A stretch of DNA of 64,000 nucleotides from Octopus sinensis. Its lineage: Eukaryota. Every line of letters begins with the position of its first letter. The stretch's first letter is position 1. Location: contig NC_043002.1 in NCBI RefSeq assembly GCF_006345805.1, positions 13,516,001-13,580,000 of the forward strand, in the 5' to 3' direction. Below the pieces are notes generated by a model. The model ran no database searches. It was not told where the DNA came from and saw only the letters and a list, made by a program, of their open reading frames with translations. Shown one piece after another: positions 54,605 through 64,000 of this stretch. The translations under genes were made by a program, and so were the position numbers.

Positions 54605-54680
<76 letters not shown>

Positions 54681-56928
54681 CAAAGCAAGAAAACAAACAA
54701 AAAAAAAATCAACAAAAACAAACACATTGGAAAAAGTATAAAAATAAAACTAGAATAGAAGAAAGATTCTCGAAGTTTCTGCCTCTGACCTTTTAACATG
54801 ATTAAACAGTTTCTCTTATAAATCACTAGTCAACATCGAACTCTTCTCTTCGATCACACACACACATATACACACACATACACAAAGGCACACACGCACG
54901 CACACACACACGGATGCAAACGCGCATGCACAGAAACACACGCTCACTTATATACAAACTCACACAAACACGCACACACACACCAATATAACGTATACGG
55001 AGGCTCATTGACATTCACATCCACATACATACACACACACATACATGCATACACGCGCGCGCACAATCATACACACACGCACACACACACGCACGCAAGC
55101 ACACACTCACACACACCAACATAATGTACAAGAAGGCACAATGACATTCACACACACACTCACACACATATAAGAACACACGCGCACACACACGGCCGCA
55201 CGCACACATACACACACACACACTCTCATACACACACAGACAGACACACATGCACGCACATCTGCACACATACACACACGCATACATAGGCACGCACAAA
55301 AACACACACACACACACCAACATGACGTATTCGAAGGTACATTGACATTCACATACACCCATACCCACAAACACGCACACGCACACAAACACACACACAA
55401 ACACCAGCACCCAGACACATTTGCATACACTCATATATAACACATACACACATCAATCCATGGACACTAAAAACGCATACACACTGGCGTGGGAACACTG
55501 CGCACATAGACAGCTTAATACATACACACACACACACACACACACATAGAGGATTACGTGCACACTACGACGGCCGTATACTGGTAAATTGACACATGCA
55601 TACATTCTGGCTGAGACACAGAGGCATACAGAAATACACACATCTAAACACGAGCACCAGACAAACAGACAGACACACACACGCATGCAGTAACAATGAT
55701 AGCAACGCCGCATGAGGAACTTTTACGCTCAGTTTTACAGACTGGCGCACACATACATACATACATACATACATACATACACATACATACATACATACAT
55801 ACACACATACATGCATCCATGCATACATACATACGCATATTCATACATATATACATACATACATACATACATACATACACACATACATAGATGCATACAT
55901 ACATACATACACAAATACATACACACATACACACATAATGCATACACACATATATGCATACATACATACATACATGCACACATATATACATACACACATA
56001 CATACATACATATATACACATAATACATACACACATATATACATACACACATACGTACATAATACATACATGCATACATACATAATACATACATGCATAC
56101 ATACATACATACACACATACATACATACATACACACATAATACATACACACATATATACATACACACATACATACATGCACACATATATACATACATACA
56201 TACATACACACATAATACATACACACATATATACATACACACATACATACATGCATACATATATACATACATACATACATACATACATAAAAATGCACAC
56301 ACGAGCAAGCAGTCACACATATAGCAAGAATAACAACGCACAGAATTGATTGACACACACACACCAACAGATGGACGTACACATACATAGGCATACAAAC
56401 ACATAGAGACATTTACACATATTCACACATAACTGCAGGAAAAAAAATGAAAATCATTGTTGGAAACTTAGTATACCATTAGGGCAGGCCTAGACAGATC
56501 AAAATGAGCACACACATACGCATGCGCGCATACAAACACACACACGTACATATTCCAACAGGCTCGCACATGCTATAGGGTTAGGTGCATCGTGTGTCCC
56601 AGGAACTGAAAGAACAGTCCGAAATCGATCTCGATCTTGGTTTCGAAGATTATCACTGGAGACGAAAGGGTGGTGCTACAGAATTTGCAGATGTGGAAGA
56701 TGTAATCCCCCCCCCCCCAAAAAAAAAAAACATGGAGTTGTTAAAATGCATCACTTTACAAGTGTTCCCCCACTGCTTGGAATAGTGGGAAACGCATCTG
56801 GACCGATTGCATTGCTTCAAATGGAAAATACTTGGAATACAGTTCTATATTTAAGAGATGAAGAATTATGTACATTATTTACATTATTTACATTTGACGG
56901 ATATTTGTCCTCATCTTGTTTGTTGTTA

Positions 56929-56972
56929 ACACAACGTTTCGGCTGATATACCTTCCAGCCTTCATCAGGTGT
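56929..56972 (-). ncRNA. Minimal type I hammerhead ribozyme, canonical core
   Basis: ACAC-CUGAUGA-A-GGCUG(10 nt)CAGCC-GAA-ACGU-U-GUGU. Family fragments at 19890-19952 and 57830-57880. Confidence 0.75.
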
Positions 56973-57110
56973 ATTGGGGAAATTTCGAACCTGGTTTCTC
57001 ATTCCTAAGGTATTTTTCGAAGTTGTTGTTGTTGTTATTATTCATTATCATTAAAATTATAATTATTATTATTATTACCATCATCATCATTATTATTATC
57101 ATCATCATCG

Positions 57111-57195
<85 letters not shown>

Positions 57196-57716
57196 CGAGT
57201 GCATGCCATCAAAGCCCAATATACCCATCATGACTACCCGTCTGATAAGAGTACACCAGGTACATGCATCACAACCATATGTGTATGACATAGTGATCTC
57301 ATATCAAGATAAATAGTGCATGACCTTGCAGGTGGGGCCCAATTAGAATTTTCTTTTTGTCGAGTAGCCCATCCCTCTCAAACGGTTCCTTAATAAGGGT
57401 TGTTTAAGGACGTTGAACGAAACACCCATGTTTCCGAAGGTGTATTATTCAAACCCCAAAGAATCTCTCTCAACACATGGCTATGCTGCTCCACCACTAC
57501 TTCTGCTCGTGATCAGAGATGCACATATCATCAGCCACTAAGAGACATGGTCAACTGGTTAAGGTCAAACAACTGACAAGCAAATCTGTGGTATTGAGCA
57601 GAATATTTGCTGTAGCCCATCTTTTATACCAAGACAAAACAATGTACATGATAACACTTCCAATCAGTTAAGATCAGAAGCCATGAGAGCCACTGCCTGG
57701 TACTGCATCAGGGCAT
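57196..57716. mobile_element. Unclassified insert within (ATT)n
   Basis: ~520 bp of complex sequence bounded on both sides by ATT repeats. Confidence 0.45.
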
Positions 57717-57730
57717 TTATTATTATTATA

Positions 57731-57778
<48 letters not shown>

Positions 57779-58108
57779 ATCATCATTATTATTCAGGTAA
57801 CTGCCTGGAATCGAACTCGGAATTTTGGGGTATATCAGCCGAAACAAATATCCGTTAAATGTAAATAATGCAAATAATATACATGGAATATTTTGAACAT
57901 GAGCAAAACACAAGCTTAACCCGTTTACCAAGGCATATAGAAGTGAGATTACAATACACCTGTCCCTTGAACGAGACGCCAATCGGTCGCAGAGCTAACT
58001 TCCCTGTTTATATCCTGGAATTTCTTTGCGGATCATTTGGACAGGAACAACATGGAAGGAAGTGTTCTGCTGCAGAAAAAAAAAACAAACAAGAAAAAAC
58101 AATGCACC

Positions 58109-58179
58109 GCTCGGCACGGGTATCGAAACCACGACCTTACAATACTGAGTGTAACACCTTAACCATTAGGCTACGTAGC
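58109..58179 (-). pseudogene. tRNA-like pseudogene or isolated SINE head
   Basis: A box TAGCCTAATGG, B box GTTTCGATACC. D and anticodon stems pair, but acceptor and T stems are broken and the anticodon loop is 8 nt. Confidence 0.6.
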
Positions 58180-58506
58180 TTCGGAAAACCACGGGTAAAT
58201 GTAAGGATATACAAAGGAGCCGGTACTTTGTTTTATGCGGTTTCTTATTTCGTAATAAAACTAGCGAAATGATGTTTACGTCTCGTGGGATTCCAGTGTT
58301 TACTCAACTCAAAATGCGCGCGCGCACACAAATACACACACACATACACACAACATACACACATAGACACAACAAACACACAGACATATGTCACACGCAC
58401 ACACATAACACACACAATAGACATACGTAACAATAATAAAGATGTAGTACATTTCTAAGCTATCTGCACGGATAACTACAAATAATATGATTGCGTACGT
58501 ATATAC

Positions 58507-58562
<56 letters not shown>

Positions 58563-58613
58563 GTATACATACATATATACATACATATATATAATATATA
58601 TATATATATGTAT

Positions 58614-58644
<31 letters not shown>

Positions 58645-58657
58645 ATATATATATTAT

Positions 58658-58708
<51 letters not shown>

Positions 58709-58865
58709 CTGTGTGTGTGTCTATGGATACAGCAGCAGTATTTACAACGAAATTGCAAATAGCTCTTCGAAATCCCCTTGATACAGGTATAATGCATTAT
58801 AGTGTAGCCACAAAATCTCTCCTCTCGTCTAGCTGATTTGCTCCGTGTATATATATGTATATACA

Positions 58866-58928
<63 letters not shown>

Positions 58929-58941
58929 ATATACTCAAATG

Positions 58942-58973
<32 letters not shown>

Positions 58974-59411
58974 AGTATGTATATGTATATGTATGTATAT
59001 ATGCGCATGCTTCATGTGTACACAGCAACACACGTAATAAAAGGTGCGTAAGTATATCTGCATGTGTACGTATGAGTGTATGTGTTTGTGTATGTGAGTG
59101 TATATGTATGTATGCGTGTGAATATGTGTGTTGCGCCTGTGTTTGCGCATTATCTTTATCGTTGTGTGGATGTTTGCGGTATGTATGTATGTATGTATGT
59201 ATGTATGTATGTATGTATGTATGTATGTATGTATGTATGTATGCATGTATGCATGTATGTATGTATGTATGCATGTATATATGTATGTATGTATGTATTT
59301 ATGTATGTATGTATGTATGTATGTGTGTATGTATCTATCTATTAATCCAAGCACTCACACGAATATATAGTTATGTACACATACACATATACATACGTAT
59401 ATACATGCACA

Positions 59412-59479
<68 letters not shown>

Positions 59480-59699
59480 TAGTGAGAGATAGAAATATCG
59501 TGGTATGAATAAACAGATAGGGTGAGAGAGCGAGAGAATAAGAAGACGGCGAATTGGAATGGTGGAAGGCCATGTAAAGATCAATAGATGGTTTTCAACT
59601 TGTATCAATAGTAATGAATCAACTTCTTGATATAGATTCACTAAAAATCAACAGTAGGTGTCTTGGGTGAACAATGCCAACAATGGTATACTCATCGTA

Positions 59700-60720
59700 T
59701 TGTATTTTATATATTAGACATCTTCTACATCAGACATGTCTTTCACATGTCTATATCAGACATACTATTGTCTCTTCTATGTTAGGTATCTCCTATACGA
59801 TAGTGTCTTCTATATCAGATATACTAATGTACCTTCTATATCAAATATCCATATCAAACATCTGTATCAGACATCTTCTATATCAAACATTTACACCAGG
59901 CATGATATTGTAACTTTTATATCAGACATCTACATCAGACGTCTATATTAGACGTCTTGCATATCATTTATCTATCTCAGACATATACTGGATTGTTCGG
60001 AAAGTTCGTGCCGATTTATCGTAGCCTACCTTTCGACTTAATTTAGAACATGGTTGAGTCCATAAAATAGGATTTGACTACACCTCCATTTAGAGCACAG
60101 TTTAAGCTATCTTTTCTTGGAAGAAGGTTTATGTTCCTATAACCTGTGTTAATTCTGTAACCCTTTAAAGGGTTAATAAAGTTCATTTTAGGCACTTGAT
60201 ACTTTGGGAACCAGACAAAAATTGCTGCAGCTCAGCTGGGATGTGTTACCCAACACTCCATATTCACCAGATATTGCTCCTTCGGATTTCCACTCATTCA
60301 GGTCTCTGCAGAATAGTCTTAATGGTAAAAATCTTAAATCTTTGGATGACGTAAAAAAGATACTTTGATGATTCTTTGACATGAAACCACCTCAATTCTG
60401 GGAAGAGTATTTTCAAGTTAAAGGAAAGATGGAGACGCATTGTGCAACAAAATGGTTCGTATTTGGTTGATTAAAAATGTAATGGCAAGTATTTATTGAC
60501 TTTTTTCTTTCCTTTAAAAATCGGCACGAACTTTCCGGACAACCCAATATATCAGATATGCTATCGTATGTTCTATATAAGGCATATTAAACATACTAAA
60601 GTTTCTTCTATGTCAGACATAATAAGTACCTTGCATATCAGACATCTACATAAACGTCTATATGAGACATCTGGATCAGACATCTGTATCTTCCTTATTA
60701 GACATACAATTGTATCGTTT
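59700..60720. repeat. Degenerate short-unit tandem repeat (tatatcagacatct-like), interrupted by mariner
   Basis: atcagacat / attagacat variants recur on both sides of the mariner. Confidence 0.8.
59986..60549 (+). mobile_element. Internally deleted mariner
   Basis: ~30 bp TIRs (tactggattgttcggaaagttcgtgccgattt / aaatcggcacgaactttccggacaacccaata), TA TSD, and WDVLPNTPYSPDIAPSDFHSFRSLQN transposase motif. Confidence 0.95.
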
Positions 60721-60853
60721 TTATTATCGACCATTACAACACCTGTGCCACGGCACAGCTGTATTGTGCCGCGTATGCTTTGCAAGCGCCCAGCATGCTT
60801 TGAAGCATTGTCGAGAACTGTCCATAGATTTGGAAACTTGGGAGGTATTTATT

Positions 60854-61745
60854 AAGGCGGCGAGCTGGCAGAAACGTTAGCACGCCGGGCGAAGTGCTTA
60901 GCGGTATTTCGTCTGTCTTTACGTTCTGAGTTCAAATTCCGCCTAGGTCAACTTCGCCTTTCATCCTTTCGGGGTCGATAAATTAAGTACCAGTTACGCA
61001 CTGGGGTCGATGTAATCGACTTAATCCGTTTGTCTGTCCTTGTTTGTCCTCTCTGTGTTTAGCCCCTTGTGGGTAGTAAAGAAATAGGTATTTTAATGCA
61101 CTTCATTGGTGCAAGCGTATTTATTTACATCAAATTGCATTAGGCGTGTCCATTTTTGCTTTAAAATAAAGTTCATTTATTTCAAAGAGGCTAAACCTAG
61201 AGGGGAGAAACAAGGACAGACAAAGGGATTAAGTCGATTATATCGACCCTAGTGTGTAACTGGTACTTAATCGACTCTGAAAGGATGAAAGGCAAAGTCG
61301 ACCTCGGCAGAATTTGAACTCAGAATGTAACGGCAGACGAAATACCAATTTCTTTACTACCCTCAAGGGGCTAAACACAGAGAGGACAAACAATGACAGA
61401 CAAACGGATTAAGTCGATTATATCGACCCCAGTGTGTAACTGGTACTTATTTAATCGACTCCGAAAGGATGAAAGGCAAAGTCGACCTCGGCAGAATTTG
61501 AACTCAGAACGTAACGGCAGACGAAATACCTATTTCTTTACTACCCTCAAGGGGCTAAACACAGAGAGGACAAACAAGGACAGACAAACGGATTAAGTCG
61601 ATTATATCGACCCTAGTGCGGAACTGGTACTTATTTAATCGACCCCGAAAGGATGAAAGGCAAAGCCGACCTCGGCGGAAATTGAACTCTGAACATAACG
61701 GCTACGCATTTCGCCCAGCGTGCTAACGTTTCTGCCAGCTCGCAG
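60854..61745. mobile_element. SINE B monomer (+, 60854-61090) and trimer (-, 61185-61745), tail to tail
   Basis: Family B sequence; the trimer has two conserved internal junctions. Confidence 0.9.
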
Positions 61746-62285
61746 CCCTACAAAGTAATACGTTTGGTAGGACTGAACATTCGGTCAATTCGCTCCCACG
61801 ACTTGATTGTTACTTGTTTTACATCTCTTGGAAGCAAGAAATTCGAGCAACATCGGCGGAATTCAAACTGAAAAATGAAAAAAATCAAAAACAAAAATTA
61901 AAAAATCAAAGACTATTGCAATGTATGGTGACCGAGTCGCTACTGTTTCTGCTAATACTCTTTCGCTGAGAATTTGTGTGTGTGTGTCTGTGTGGGTCAG
62001 AGTGCTTGTGGGGTATTGTGCGTGTGCATATATCTGTGTTTGTGTATGTGTGCGTGCGGGTATATCTGTTGTTGTATGTGTATGAGTGCGTGTATTTTGT
62101 GCTTGTGTGTAAGCGTGCACGTATGTATGTGTGTGTGTACGTGTTAAGTTTTGTGTGCGTGTGTGTGTGTGTGTGTGTGTTTGTGGTACGTTTTTAATGT
62201 GTGTATGTGCGTGCGTGTGCGTGGGCTATGGTTGGTGCTTGTGTATGTGCTATGTTTTGTGTGTTTGTGTGCGTGTTATATCTTC

Positions 62286-62335
<50 letters not shown>

Positions 62336-63037
62336 GCTGTTTGTTTAGTGATTCCAAATACTTTCTGACAAAGATAAAACTTAATATCCCGAAGCTCGAG
62401 TGACATTTTTGTCAGAAAGTACTGACCTCGCAAACTTAGAAACTTATTTAAAGTCGATTTAATATCTCAAATGCCTTAGATAAAATGTTAATACGATTAA
62501 TATTCGACTCTGAGCAGTAAGATAATCAGAGTGCTTGAGTGGAAATCTTCCAACGTACTTAGTCGCTTTCTCTTTCAGTTCTGAGTTCGATTTTTGCTCA
62601 GGTCAACTGTGCATTACATCCTTCTGAAATCAAACGGCGATCGACTGGCCTCTCATTCAAATGAATGTTCTGATCTCGGGCACTTAGACGCTATGAAAAC
62701 CGTATAACTTGCCCTGTGAGTCCTGAGATCCGAGATAGTAATGCCAGGGGTTGATGATGATGATGATGATGAGGAGGAGGAGGAGGAGGATGAAATCGAT
62801 AATACAAGTATCAAATGTTAAAAACTAAAATTATAGTTTTGCGGATAATTATGTTCGTCGTTAATGACGGACAGTTAAAAAGTAATTATATTTATAATGC
62901 GTTTCGACCGGTTTAATCAACGATCGTCAGCAGCTTTCATATTCCTCTATAGCTTTTACTTGATTCAGTAATTAGTCTACGGCTATGCTTGTGTACTGCA
63001 TTGAAAGGTTTTAGTTAGTCGAACAAATCGACTAATT

Positions 63038-63310
63038 TTGTTGTGTCTGAGAAGAGTCATTCTCTTTTGGTGCCTTATAATTTCACACACTCACCGGAAA
63101 AATTTCCACTTATTTTTTATTTTTATTTTTCTAAAATTTTCGTTGCGTCTTGCAACATTTTCAATAGTTTTGACCCAAAATAAAAAACAAAACAAGTGGA
63201 AATTTTACCGGTGAGTGTGGGAAATTATAAGGTACGAAAAGAGAATGACTCTCCCTAGACAAAACAGAATATGCTTCAACACTCGAACTCACATAAAGAA
63301 TCTTGCAAAA
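63038..63310. repeat. Fold-back of the U3-core HHR family, inserted in a minus-strand SINE A (62950-63655)
   Basis: Inverted arms agagtcattctcttt...cacactcaccgg; homologous to 39094-39937. Confidence 0.85.
63131..63167 (-). ncRNA. Minimal type I hammerhead-like motif, U3-A8 core variant
   Basis: CUA-UUGAAAA-U-GUUGC(aagac)GCAAC-GAA-AAUU-U-UAG. Confidence 0.6.
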
Positions 63311-64000
63311 CAAATCCCATATCCAAAACGAAATCGACTTAGGTTTTGTGCTTAAAGTTTGATATCTACTGTATCGGCCTCGTTTGCCAAACCGATAAGT
63401 CACGTGGACGTAAGCAAACCAACACCTGTTGTCAAGATGTGGATGAAGGTGTGAAAAAAACAGGCACAATGACACACACGAGCATACACACACATATATA
63501 TACGACGGGTTTCCACACAGTTTCCGCCTACCAAATTCTTTCACAAGGCATTGGTCTGTCTAGGACTTTAATTGAGGACACTTACCCAAGGTGCCGCGTA
63601 GTAGAGCTGAACACGAAACCACGTTGTTGAAAAGTTAGCTTCTTAACCACACAACCTACTTAACTAGAAACATCTATTTCTGAACTATGAGCAATAAAAC
63701 TCTTACCCTCCCGGTCATTTATAGAAAAATTATAATCTTCTTTAAGATTATTTCACTACGAAGGAAGCAGCTCAAATAAACGTCGAGAATCTATTACAAA
63801 CTGTAAAAGTAAAGCTTAATCTTATCAGTTAGATTGGTATGGAGACTTATTACTTCAGGAACAAATCATATATACCCAGTTTGAAATTGACAAGAAAATT
63901 TACTTTGCAACTGAAATTTTCTGAAATTCTCATATTTCATATCTACATTGACTGTTTCAAAATGCCTTGATGTCTTATCTGTATAAAATAAATATATCTT

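Noticed and set aside
58109-58179. Functional tRNA gene
   Set aside because: Acceptor and T stems are mispaired and the anticodon loop is 8 nt.
57868-58272. 134-aa non-repetitive ORF
   Set aside because: No domain motif; it crosses a repeat fragment, an A-rich run and an antisense tRNA-like head.
62893-62935. CTGACGA...GTCGAAACGCAT on the minus strand
   Set aside because: Possibly a decayed HHR, but helix I is absent and helix II overlaps the core.

Overview
AT-rich eukaryotic DNA saturated with microsatellites. The SINE sequences look like those of Octopus (coleoid cephalopod); this is recognition, not a database result. I find no supportable host protein-coding gene, and nearly all listed ORFs are translations of microsatellites or SINEs. 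The window is intergenic or intronic. It is built from two abundant tRNA-derived SINE families, a V-domain-like SINE, non-autonomous Helitrons, a solo LTR, decayed coding fragments of RTE, CR1, Penelope-like (PLE), pogo/Tigger, Merlin and mariner elements, and a 100-N gap. The main signal is a set of more than a dozen type I hammerhead-ribozyme (HHR)-like motifs from unrelated short repeat families. Many sit in fold-back elements lodged in (TA)n tracts, and a PLE reverse-transcriptase remnant is in the same window. Their cores covary at the C3-G8 tertiary pair and show all four Watson-Crick combinations: CUGAnGA, GUGAACA, UUGAAAA and AUGAAUA. One family also has A6U. Helix III is usually a bare palindrome, which implies dimeric folding. 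All structures were read by eye and boundaries are approximate unless motifs are quoted.
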